A stretch of DNA of 18,971 nt from an uncultured Janthinobacterium sp. Its GTDB lineage: Bacteria; Vulcanimicrobiota; Vulcanimicrobiia; Vulcanimicrobiales; Vulcanimicrobiaceae. The stretch lies in contig CAZZXB010000052.1 in NCBI GenBank assembly GCA_964658025.1, positions 1 to 18,971 on the forward strand, read 5' to 3'. The position numbers and the translations under genes were made by a program. Below are positions 7,282 through 14,804 of the stretch, one piece after another. Position 1 is the stretch's first letter. Each line of letters begins with the position of its first letter. Below the pieces are notes generated by a model, which was not told the origin of the DNA, ran no database searches, and was given only the letters and a program-made list of their open reading frames with translations.

Positions 7282-7812
7282 ATGAACTTCGTCAAATTCC
7301 AAAAACTCGTGGAAGAGCGCACCGGCTTTCGCACGATGGAAAATCCGATGGCGTCGGGAGAGTACTTCAGCGACTCGTGCGGCGACATGTACACGTATTA
7401 CTTGAAGGTCGGTCCGGGCGACGTCATCGAGGACGTCTCGTATTTCACGACGGGATGCGGATTCGGAACGGCGACGTGCAGTCTCGTCGTCGATCTCGCG
7501 CTCGGCAAGACGCTCGACGAGGCGTACGCGATCACCGATGCCGACATCGAAGCGCAACTCGACGGCTATCCCGACAAGAAAAAAGATTATCCGGAGCGCT
7601 CGCGGCTCGCGCTCATGGCGGCGATCGACGATTATCGCGCGAAGCGCGCGGCGGGAACGATCACGGACGAGATGCTCCGTCGCGCGGCGGCCGAGGCGTC
7701 GGCCTCGCGTAGCGCGGCGCTGCCCGGGAACGGAAAGACCTCGCAGGATGCGGCGGAAGAACCCGCCGTCGCCGCCGCCGACGACGGTAAGGTCCTCATC
7801 AAGCTCCGTTAG
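7282..7812 (+). CDS. Atypical IscU/NifU_N-fold protein
   Basis: SCGD (C33, D35), IEDVSYFTTGCG (C59), GKTLDEA, ALMAAIDDY; RBS AAGGAG at 7267-7272; third canonical Cys absent. Confidence 0.88.
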   Translation: MNFVKFQKLVEERTGFRTMENPMASGEYFSDSCGDMYTYYLKVGPGDVIEDVSYFTTGCGFGTATCSLVVDLALGKTLDEAYAITDADIEAQLDGYPDKKKDYPERSRLALMAAIDDYRAKRAAGTITDEMLRRAAAEASASRSAALPGNGKTSQDAAEEPAVAAADDGKVLIKLR

Positions 7813-7817
7813 CGGAA

Positions 7818-7838
7818 CGCGTCGCTCGCCGCGATGCG
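7818..7838. terminator. Possible hairpin between convergent genes
   Basis: CGCGTCGC-5 nt-GCGATGCG (8 bp, one G-U pair on the plus strand); no U tract, and hairpins are easy to find at this GC content. Confidence 0.25.
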
Positions 7839-7863
7839 CCGCCGTTGCGTGCGCGCGTCGCCC

Positions 7864-8508
7864 TCAGAGATACGGATTGCCCTCGCGTTCGACGCCGATC
7901 GTCGTCTGCGGACCGTGACCCGGGACGACGACCGTGTCGTCGGGATACGCGAGCAGCTTCTCGCGGATGCTCGCGACGATGTCTTCCATCGACGTTCCGC
8001 CGAGATCCCAGCGCCCGATGCCGCCCGCAAAGAGCGTGTCGCCTGTGAGGAGCATGCGGCCGGCGTCGCCGAGATCGAGCGCGAAGCACGTGCTCCCCGG
8101 CGTGTGGCCCGGCGTATGGAGTGCGGTGAGCGCCGTCGCGCCGATCGCGATGCGCTCGCCGTCGCGGAGATCGCCGTCGAGTTTCGCGACGCGCGGCGGT
8201 CGGACCGCGAGCCAGCGCGCCTGCTCCGCGAGCGCGGCGTAGAGCGGACGATCGGCGGGGTGCAAGAAGCCGCGCCCGCCCGTCCGCTCGCGGAGGTCGG
8301 CGTACGCGCCGATGTGATCGATGTGCGCGTGCGTGTGCACGAGATATTTCGCCTTCACGCCGCGCCGCTCCAAGCGCGAGACGATCGTGGCCACGTCGTC
8401 GCCGCCGTCGACGACGATCGCCTCACCCGTCGCGCGATCCGCGACGATCGTGCACGTGCACGCGAGGGGGCCGACCGAAAAATGTTCGACGCTCAAGGGA
8501 TTCGGCAT
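7864..8508 (-). CDS. MBL-fold metallo-hydrolase (glyoxalase II/YcbL-like)
   Basis: THAHIDH, HTPGHTPGS, TGDTLFAGGIGRWDL, VVPGHGPQTTIGVEREGNPYL; start at ATG 8508 (MPNPLSVEHF). Confidence 0.93.
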   Translation of the reverse strand: MPNPLSVEHFSVGPLACTCTIVADRATGEAIVVDGGDDVATIVSRLERRGVKAKYLVHTHAHIDHIGAYADLRERTGGRGFLHPADRPLYAALAEQARWLAVRPPRVAKLDGDLRDGERIAIGATALTALHTPGHTPGSTCFALDLGDAGRMLLTGDTLFAGGIGRWDLGGTSMEDIVASIREKLLAYPDDTVVVPGHGPQTTIGVEREGNPYL

Positions 8509-8972
8509 GCGAAATCCCGATACTCGCCGTCGAAATATCCGAGCGGTTCGCCGTCGCGATACGAGCACGCACGGACGGCGCCGATGAAGATCGTGTGCGT
8601 CCCCGCGGTGAACTCCTCGGCGAGTTCGCAATCGAGATACGCGAAGGCGCCCGCGATGACGGGCGCGCCCGTGGCGTCGGTCGCGAAGCCGAGATCTTCG
8701 AGCGGATCGGTCGGCTCGTGCGAGGCGAAACGGATCGCGAGCTCGCGCTGGTCGAGGCGCAGGACGTTGATGCAGAAACGCCCCGCCGCCGAGATGAGCG
8801 GATGGCTGCGCGCCATGCGGTTCACGCAGACGAGCACCGTCGGCGGTTCGGCGGAGACGCTCGCGACGGCGTTCGCGGTGAAGCCCTTCGGTTTGCCGTC
8901 GAGGATCGTCGTCACGACGGCGACGCCCGTGGGAAAGCGGCGCATCACCGCGCGGAAATCGTCGCCGGTCAT
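8493..8972 (-). CDS. Flavin reductase family protein (HpaC/RutF-like)
   Basis: FRAVMRRFPTGVAVVT, SVSAEPPTVLVC, FCINVL, AGTHTIFIG, PLGYFDGEY; ATG 8972 overlaps the methyltransferase TGA. Confidence 0.92.
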   Translation of the reverse strand: MTGDDFRAVMRRFPTGVAVVTTILDGKPKGFTANAVASVSAEPPTVLVCVNRMARSHPLISAAGRFCINVLRLDQRELAIRFASHEPTDPLEDLGFATDATGAPVIAGAFAYLDCELAEEFTAGTHTIFIGAVRACSYRDGEPLGYFDGEYRDFACRIP

Positions 8973-9595
8973 CCGCGTAGCGCGCCGATCCCGATGCCGT
9001 CTCCGACGGGCACGATCGTCGTCTCGAGTTGCGGATGGTCGAGAAAGGTCGCGTTGAACGCACGGATCGCGCGCGTGTCGTCGTCGTCGTCGGCGCGCGG
9101 TTCGGCCGCGGCGCGACCGCCCCACAGACAATTGTCGACGACGATCAGCCCCGAACGTTTCAGGAGCGGGACCGCGGCCTCGACGTACGCCTCGTATTCG
9201 GTTTTGAGGCCGTCGACGAACACGACGTCGAGATTGCGAAACGGAGCGTTACGCAAGATCTCGAGGGCGGGTTGGTTGACGATCTCGACCGCGGCCCCGA
9301 TCCCGGCGCGATCGAGAAACGATCGCGCGATCTCCGTCCGCTCCATGTCGGGGTCGATCGTCCAGATATGTCCCGCAGGCGGCATCGCGAGCGCCATCCA
9401 GAGCGTCGAATAGCCGTACGCCGTGCCGATCTCGAGGATCCGATTCGCCTGCATGGCGTGCACGAGCACCGAGAGAAAACGACCCGTCGCGCGATCGACG
9501 ATCGGGATGCCGTCGGCGCGGCCGTGTTGCTCGAGTTCGAGAAGTAGTGCTGAGGGATTCCCCTGCAGTCGCTCGATATACGCGGGGTCGCTCAC
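8969..9595 (-). CDS. SAM-dependent O-methyltransferase (COMT/CCoAOMT/YrrM-like)
   Basis: RILEIGTAYGYSTLWMA, DVVFVDG-K, GLIVVDNCLWGG, VPVGDGIGI. Confidence 0.93.
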   Translation of the reverse strand: MSDPAYIERLQGNPSALLLELEQHGRADGIPIVDRATGRFLSVLVHAMQANRILEIGTAYGYSTLWMALAMPPAGHIWTIDPDMERTEIARSFLDRAGIGAAVEIVNQPALEILRNAPFRNLDVVFVDGLKTEYEAYVEAAVPLLKRSGLIVVDNCLWGGRAAAEPRADDDDDTRAIRAFNATFLDHPQLETTIVPVGDGIGIGALRG

Positions 9596-9681
9596 GCGCT
9601 ACGTTTGCCGCTTCGGAGCGTGGGGAACCTTTCGAGAACACGAAGCACGTCCGCACGGTTTTTCAAGGAGACGTTTCCAAC

Positions 9682-10296
9682 ATGCCGATCCTCGCACCGC
9701 AATCCTACGCACCGAAAAAGTGGCCCCTTTCCGGGCTCACGGGTATCTCGGACAAAACGCTCGAGACGCACTTCGGTCTGTACGAAGGTTACGTCAAGAA
9801 CACGAACGTGCTCAACGAACAGATCGCCGAGAAGATCAAAGCGGGTCCCGCCGGCGCCGATCCCGGTTTCGCGGAACTCACGCGCCGGCTCGGGTTCGAG
9901 TACAACGGTATGGTCCTTCACGAATATTACTTCGACAACATGAAGTCCGCCGCCGAGGGTCCGCCGACGTCGGGCGCGCTCTACGAAGCGCTCGGGAACA
10001 GCTTCGGCGACTTCGAAACCTGGAAGAAGGACTTCGCGGCCGTCGGCGGCATGCGCGGCGTGGGTTGGGCGATCGCCTATCAGGATCCCAAGTCGGGCCG
10101 CATCTCCAACCACTGGGTGACGCTCCACGAAGACGGAAACGTGGCGGGCTTCAAACCGATCCTCGTCATGGACGTCTGGGAGCACGCGTTCTTACTCGAT
10201 TACAAACCGTCGGAGCGCGGCAAGTACGTCGAGTCGTTCTTCGCCAACGTCGACTGGTCGGTCGCGCAATCGCGACTCGTCTCGCCGACTCCGTGA
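9682..10296 (+). CDS. Fe/Mn superoxide dismutase family protein (ChrC-like branch)
   Basis: Metal-ligand motifs LETHFGLYEGYV, NGMVLHEYYF, MDVWEHAF; GVGWA; RBS AAGGAG at 9665-9670. Confidence 0.93.
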   Translation: MPILAPQSYAPKKWPLSGLTGISDKTLETHFGLYEGYVKNTNVLNEQIAEKIKAGPAGADPGFAELTRRLGFEYNGMVLHEYYFDNMKSAAEGPPTSGALYEALGNSFGDFETWKKDFAAVGGMRGVGWAIAYQDPKSGRISNHWVTLHEDGNVAGFKPILVMDVWEHAFLLDYKPSERGKYVESFFANVDWSVAQSRLVSPTP

Positions 10297-10303
10297 CGAC
10301 CCC

Positions 10304-11014
10304 GTGAACCAGCTCCGCCTGTTCCCGCTCAACACCGTGCTCTTCCCGGGCGCGGTGTTGAACCTCCACGTCTTCGAGCCGCGGTACCGTCGGATGATCG
10401 CCGAGTGTCTCGAAGGCGGCGAGGCGTTCGGCGTCTGTCTCATCCGCGACGGCGACGAAGCGGGGGATCCCGAGGTGATGCCGCACGACGTCGGGACGAC
10501 CGCCGAGATCGGCGACGTGACCCTGCTCGAAAACGGACGGTATTACATCAGCACGGTCGGCCGTCGACGTTTCCGGATCGAGCGCGTCGTCGCGCGAGAG
10601 CCGTACCTCACGGTCGAGGTCTCCTATCTGCCCGAGGAGACGGAATCGAGCGACGCCGACGAGATCGCGGGCGAGATCCGCGACGTGTTCCGCAGCTACC
10701 TCCGATTGCTCGTCGAGTTCTCCGGCATGCGCGCGGAGATCGAGCTCCCCGAGGATCCGGTCGAGGCGTCGTTCTTGATCGGCGACGCGCTGCAGGTCGC
10801 GGATTCGATGAAGCAGCGTCTGCTCGAACTCTCCGATACGGCCCAGCGGCTCAACGTCGAACTCGGGTTCCTGCGCCGCCTGTTGCCGCAGTTACGCTCG
10901 CTCATCGAACGTCGCCGCGACGAGCCCGCGCGTCCCGCCGCCAGCGCCGCCCCGGGCGGGACGTTTCGTGCGACGCAAGAGAAATTCTTCGGGAAGCACT
11001 TCAGCGCTAATTAG
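10304..11014 (+). CDS. LON peptidase substrate-binding (N-terminal) domain protein, stand-alone
   Basis: LRLFPLNTVLFPGAVLNLHVFEPRYRRMI, VGTTAEI, GRRRFRI, KQRLLE; no AAA+ or protease domain. Confidence 0.92.
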   Translation: MNQLRLFPLNTVLFPGAVLNLHVFEPRYRRMIAECLEGGEAFGVCLIRDGDEAGDPEVMPHDVGTTAEIGDVTLLENGRYYISTVGRRRFRIERVVAREPYLTVEVSYLPEETESSDADEIAGEIRDVFRSYLRLLVEFSGMRAEIELPEDPVEASFLIGDALQVADSMKQRLLELSDTAQRLNVELGFLRRLLPQLRSLIERRRDEPARPAASAAPGGTFRATQEKFFGKHFSAN

Positions 11015-11017
11015 CGG

Positions 11018-11878
11018 TTAGTTCGGAGCACTCGTGGCCTCCGCGGCTTCCACGACGTGACGCATCAGGACGACGTTCGTCACGGGGCCGACGCCGCCCG
11101 GTACGGGCGTGATCTCCGCGGCGACGGTCGAGGCGCTCTCGAAATCGACGTCGCCGAAGAGCTTGCCGTCGACGACGGTCGTTCCGACGTCGACGACGAC
11201 GCACCCCGGGCGTAGCCACGACGCGTCGACGAGTTTCGGCCGTCCGACGGCGGCGACGAGGACGTCGGCGCGACGGACGATCTCGCGTACGTCGCGCGTC
11301 TTGCTGTGCGCGATCGTCACGGTCGCGTCGCGGGCGACGAGCAGGAGCGCGGCGGGCATGCCGATCACGTTCGAGCGTCCCAGCACGACGACGTCGCGAC
11401 CCGCGAGCGGCCACGCGGCGCTGCGCTCGAGTAAGAGCATCACGGCGGTCGGCGTCGCCGGGGCGAAGCGCGCGCCGCTCGACGCCGCGAGGCGCCCGGC
11501 GTTGACCGGGCTCGCACCGTCGACGTCTTTGTGTTCGGGCATCGCCGTCGCGATCGCGCGCATCGAGAGGCCGCGCGGGAGCGGCTGCTGCAGGATGATA
11601 CCGTGCGCCGCGTCGTCCTCGCCGTGGCGTTCCAGCGCCGCGCGGACCGCCGCGTCGTCGCAACCGGGCGGTAACGCGTCGACCGAGACGTCGACGCCGA
11701 TCTTCGCGCCGAGCGACTTCATCCCGCGAACGTACGAAAGGTTCGATTCGTCCTCGCCGACCATGATCGCGACGAGTCGCGGCGCGATCCCACGCGCGCG
11801 GAGGAGGTCGACTCGGGAAGCGAGATCGCCGCGAAGCTCGGTCGCGAGCGCCCGTCCGTCGAGGATGCGTGCCGTCAC
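11018..11878 (-). CDS. folD: Methylenetetrahydrofolate dehydrogenase/cyclohydrolase family FolD
   Basis: ILDGRALA, GIILQQPLP, KDVDG, GRSNVIGMP, ATVTIAHSKT, VDVG, GDVDF, ITPVPGGVGPVT. Confidence 0.95.
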   Translation of the reverse strand: MTARILDGRALATELRGDLASRVDLLRARGIAPRLVAIMVGEDESNLSYVRGMKSLGAKIGVDVSVDALPPGCDDAAVRAALERHGEDDAAHGIILQQPLPRGLSMRAIATAMPEHKDVDGASPVNAGRLAASSGARFAPATPTAVMLLLERSAAWPLAGRDVVVLGRSNVIGMPAALLLVARDATVTIAHSKTRDVREIVRRADVLVAAVGRPKLVDASWLRPGCVVVDVGTTVVDGKLFGDVDFESASTVAAEITPVPGGVGPVTNVVLMRHVVEAAEATSAPN

Positions 11879-11920
11879 CCGGCGATTCTACCGCAGAGAG
11901 GGGGGCTTCGCCTGGAATCC

Positions 11921-12202
11921 GTGCGTCGCGAGATCTCGCTCGGTCGTGCGTTCACGATCGCGTCGTTCGAACGCGCGTGCGCGTCGTTTCGCGAGACGTA
12001 CAACGTCGCACCGACGCGCGCGTCGTGCGCGCCCGACGTGCTCGCCCGATTCTGCGAGCTCTACGAGTCGTCGGTCGACCGCGCCCACGCCGCGGGCGCC
12101 CGGTTCTCCGTCGACGGCATCCCGCTCGTCGCGGCGATCCTTGCGCCGGGGACGATCGTTTTCGAGGGCGAGGTCGACGAGACGAAGATGGGCGATTGGT
12201 GA
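11921..12202 (+). CDS. Small hypothetical protein (93 aa)
   Basis: Fills the gap between folD and the hydrolase almost exactly; purine-rich GAGAGGGGGG upstream; globular-looking composition. Confidence 0.7.
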   Translation: MRREISLGRAFTIASFERACASFRETYNVAPTRASCAPDVLARFCELYESSVDRAHAAGARFSVDGIPLVAAILAPGTIVFEGEVDETKMGDW

Positions 12203-12206
12203 GCGC

Positions 12207-13058
12207 TCACGCCTCGCACGGATCGAGCGCGTCGAGCGCACCCGCGACGCGTCGCGGCATCTCGATCTGCGGGCAGTGTCCGCAGCGCGCGATTTCGAGC
12301 ACGGTCGCCTGCGGGTAGACGGTCCGCGCGCGCGCGAGCGCGCGGACGGGCACGTAGCGGTCCTCGCGACCCCAAACGAGCAGCGTCGGCCCGCGCCAGA
12401 CGCCGAGCCGCGCGTGGAGCGCGCCGAAGCGGGAGAACTCGCCCCCGACGCCCGCGTACGTGCGGACGAAGGCGCGAACGTAGTCGCGGTCGCGCGCGAG
12501 TTCGTACGCGCGCGCGACGACGCTCGGATCGAGCGCGGCGGCATGGTAGACGCCGAGCCGTAACGTCCGTTCCGTCAGGCGTCGCGACGGCGGGAGCGCG
12601 ACGATCGCGTTCTCCGCGAACCGCGCGACGAGGATGCGGAGCGCGAGCGCGGGCGTCCGTAGGAAACCGACCGGCGCGAGCAGGGCGAGCGCGCGGACGC
12701 GTTCCGGTCGCGCGGCGGCATAGTTCGCGGCGACCAGCCCGCCGAGCGAGTGCCCGACGAGCGCGAACCGGCCGGGCGCGAGATCGCGTGCGACCGCGTC
12801 GAGCGCGCCGTCGAAGCGCGCGAGCGTGTACGGCACGTTCGGTTTTTCCGACGCGCCGAAGCCGGGGAGATCGAATGCGACGATGCGGCGGCCCGTTCCG
12901 AGACGCGCGGCGAGGCCGTCCCACGCGGCCCGACTCCAATGTCCGAGTCCGTGGACGAAGAGCGTCGTCGGCGCGTGCGGATCGATCGGTCCGCGAACGA
13001 ACGCCGCGATCCGGATGCGGCCGGCGGAAATGCGTTCCTCGCGCCAAATCGAAGTCAT
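12207..13058 (-). CDS. Alpha/beta fold hydrolase
   Basis: FVHGLG, AFDLPGFGASEKP, nucleophile elbow GHSLG, VWGREDRYVP, CGHCPQIE. Confidence 0.93.
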   Translation of the reverse strand: MTSIWREERISAGRIRIAAFVRGPIDPHAPTTLFVHGLGHWSRAAWDGLAARLGTGRRIVAFDLPGFGASEKPNVPYTLARFDGALDAVARDLAPGRFALVGHSLGGLVAANYAAARPERVRALALLAPVGFLRTPALALRILVARFAENAIVALPPSRRLTERTLRLGVYHAAALDPSVVARAYELARDRDYVRAFVRTYAGVGGEFSRFGALHARLGVWRGPTLLVWGREDRYVPVRALARARTVYPQATVLEIARCGHCPQIEMPRRVAGALDALDPCEA

Positions 13059-13063
13059 CTCGC

Positions 13064-13615
13064 GTGCCTCGTAACGCCCTCGTTTTCATCACCGCGATCG
13101 CCGCGATCGCGATCGCGGTTTGGACCGTCGATTTCTATTTCGGCGGCGGCGGCATCGGAGCCGCCGCGCGCCCCGGCGGAGGACCCGCGATGCTCGTCGG
13201 CGCGCCGGCGGCGAGTTATCCCGTGCGCACGCTCGACGGCGAGACGGCCTCGATCGAGAGCTATCGCGGAAAGGTGTTGCTCGTGAACCTCTGGGCGTCG
13301 TGGTGCGCGCCGTGCCGAAGCGAGACGCCCGCGCTCGAACGGTTGTACGCGCAAGAACGTTCGCGCGGACTCGTCGTGCTCGGAATCGATCAGGGCGAAT
13401 CGAGCGACGTCGCGCGGCGGTTCGCGAGCGAGATGAAGCTCACGTATCCGATCGCGGTCGACGAGGGACAACGATACGGACGCGCCTACGCGGCGATCGG
13501 GCTTCCGACGACGCTCGTCGTCGATCGTACCGGTCACATCGCGAAGGGGGTCGACGGCGAGTTGAGCCTCGCGCAGATGCACGACGCGGTCGATCCGTTG
13601 CTCGGCGCGCGATGA
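13064..13615 (+). CDS. Membrane-anchored TlpA/ResA-type thiol-disulfide oxidoreductase
   Basis: N-terminal TM segment, YRGKVLLVNLWASWCAPC, cis-Pro GLPTTLVVDRTG; start placed at GTG 13064. Confidence 0.92.
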   Translation: MPRNALVFITAIAAIAIAVWTVDFYFGGGGIGAAARPGGGPAMLVGAPAASYPVRTLDGETASIESYRGKVLLVNLWASWCAPCRSETPALERLYAQERSRGLVVLGIDQGESSDVARRFASEMKLTYPIAVDEGQRYGRAYAAIGLPTTLVVDRTGHIAKGVDGELSLAQMHDAVDPLLGAR

Positions 13616-14586
13616 ACGGCCGGATCGCGGCGATCGCCGCGGCGGCGGCGATCGTGTCCGGCGTGCTCGCCCAAGTCGCCTTTCCCGGCTGGCCCGGCTT
13701 TCACGTGTGGCAATACGCCGCGGCGCTCGTCATCGCGGCGACGATCGTCGTCGCGTACGTGCGTGAGGCACGTCGCGGCGATGACGGCGATCTCGGACGG
13801 CGCGCGATCGTGCCGTTCATCGGCGCGCTCGTGCTCGCGATCGCGGGGCTCGCATCGGGGCTGCTCGGCCCCGACGTCGACACGGTCTCGCGGGCTCCGG
13901 GGATCGTCGCGCCGCTCCCGGGGATCGGCGTCGCCGCGTTTTTTCCGATCGCGGATGCCGCGACGATCGAGAACGGCAGCGCGTCGATCGAGTTGCGCAG
14001 GCGCGGCGGGCCGTCCGTCGTCTTGGGACCGAGCGGGCGTACGATCCTCGGCGCGTCGAGCATTCGATCGTTCGAGAAAACCGCGGCGTACGTCGACGCG
14101 CGCGACGCGGCGGGCAACCATCTCACGATCACGCAACCGACGAATCCGTCGTTTCTCTCGCCGATACTCTTCTTTCCGCAGACGCTCGCGGTCGCGGGCA
14201 AGGTCTTACCGACCGACGCCTTCGCCGTGCCCGCCGCGCGCCGACAAGTCAAGGCTTTTTTTATCGCGAAGGGCGACGCCGCGATCGCGCACGCGCACGG
14301 TATCGCCGGACGCGCGTCCGTGCTCTTCGTCGTCGACGACGACACGGGCCACCTCGTCCCCGGCGCGATCGGAATCGCGCCGTCGGGAACGGAAGTGCGC
14401 GTCGGCGGGCTGCGTCTGCGCGCCGCGGTCGGCGAATATCCCGCGCTCGAGATCGCGTCGATCCCGCCGCCGATCGCGGTCGGCATCGGTCTCGCGATCG
14501 TTCTGGCCGGGCTCGCGTACGCATTCGCGCGGCCGACCGGATTTCGCGCGGAGCTCGCCGCAACCGACGGGACCGCATCGTCGTAA
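13612..14586 (+). CDS. Membrane protein with ResB/CcsB-like topology (3 N-terminal TMs, beta-rich soluble domain, C-terminal TM)
   Basis: ATG overlaps the TlpA TGA; C-terminal YPALEIASIPPPIAVGIGLAIVLAGL resembles the ResB Y(T/S)GLQV-x-x-DPG-TM ending. The CDS is secure; the family call is tentative. Confidence 0.6.
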   Translation: MNGRIAAIAAAAAIVSGVLAQVAFPGWPGFHVWQYAAALVIAATIVVAYVREARRGDDGDLGRRAIVPFIGALVLAIAGLASGLLGPDVDTVSRAPGIVAPLPGIGVAAFFPIADAATIENGSASIELRRRGGPSVVLGPSGRTILGASSIRSFEKTAAYVDARDAAGNHLTITQPTNPSFLSPILFFPQTLAVAGKVLPTDAFAVPAARRQVKAFFIAKGDAAIAHAHGIAGRASVLFVVDDDTGHLVPGAIGIAPSGTEVRVGGLRLRAAVGEYPALEIASIPPPIAVGIGLAIVLAGLAYAFARPTGFRAELAATDGTASS

Positions 14587-14804
14587 CGCTCGCTTAACTA
14601 CCCATACGAGCTTAGCGAGCGGACGTTTCCATACGTCGCGTTCGCGCATAGTGAGCACCATCATATCGTGCGAAACGTCGCGCCGGCTGTCGCATTTTCA
14701 CGATGATACGAAGGGCGGGTGGGTCGCCCTCGTTGAAGGTAGGCCCTAGCTTCGGTCCGACTGCCGCACCGCCGAATAATGGGAGACTTGGATAGTGGAG
14801 GCTC
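14587..14804 (+). promoter_or_regulatory. Structured intergenic region upstream of the HD-GYP gene; candidate cis-regulatory RNA and/or promoter
   Basis: Longest spacer in the window, lower GC, several consecutive stem-loops; RBS GGAGG just before ATG 14805. Confidence 0.4.

Noticed and set aside
7588..7590. Possible selenocysteine or recoding at the missing third Cys of the IscU-like gene
   Set aside because: The codon is TAT (Tyr), not TGA.
8509..9131. Apparent N-terminal extensions of the MBL hydrolase and flavin reductase
   Set aside because: Out-of-frame read-through of the upstream genes; proper ATGs lie at 8508 and 8972.
9624..9651. ECF-like GGAAC...CGTC promoter upstream of the SOD gene
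   Set aside because: The 19-nt spacer is longer than typical and the motifs are short; cannot be supported from sequence alone.
11005..11016. Perfect 12-bp palindrome CGCTAATTAGCG at the LON/folD convergence
   Set aside because: No loop, single copy, and it overlaps a stop codon; no support for a function.
12788..13611. Extended starts for the TlpA (12788) and ResB-like (13120) ORFs
   Set aside because: They overlap real genes; the hydrophobic N-termini begin at 13064 and 13612.
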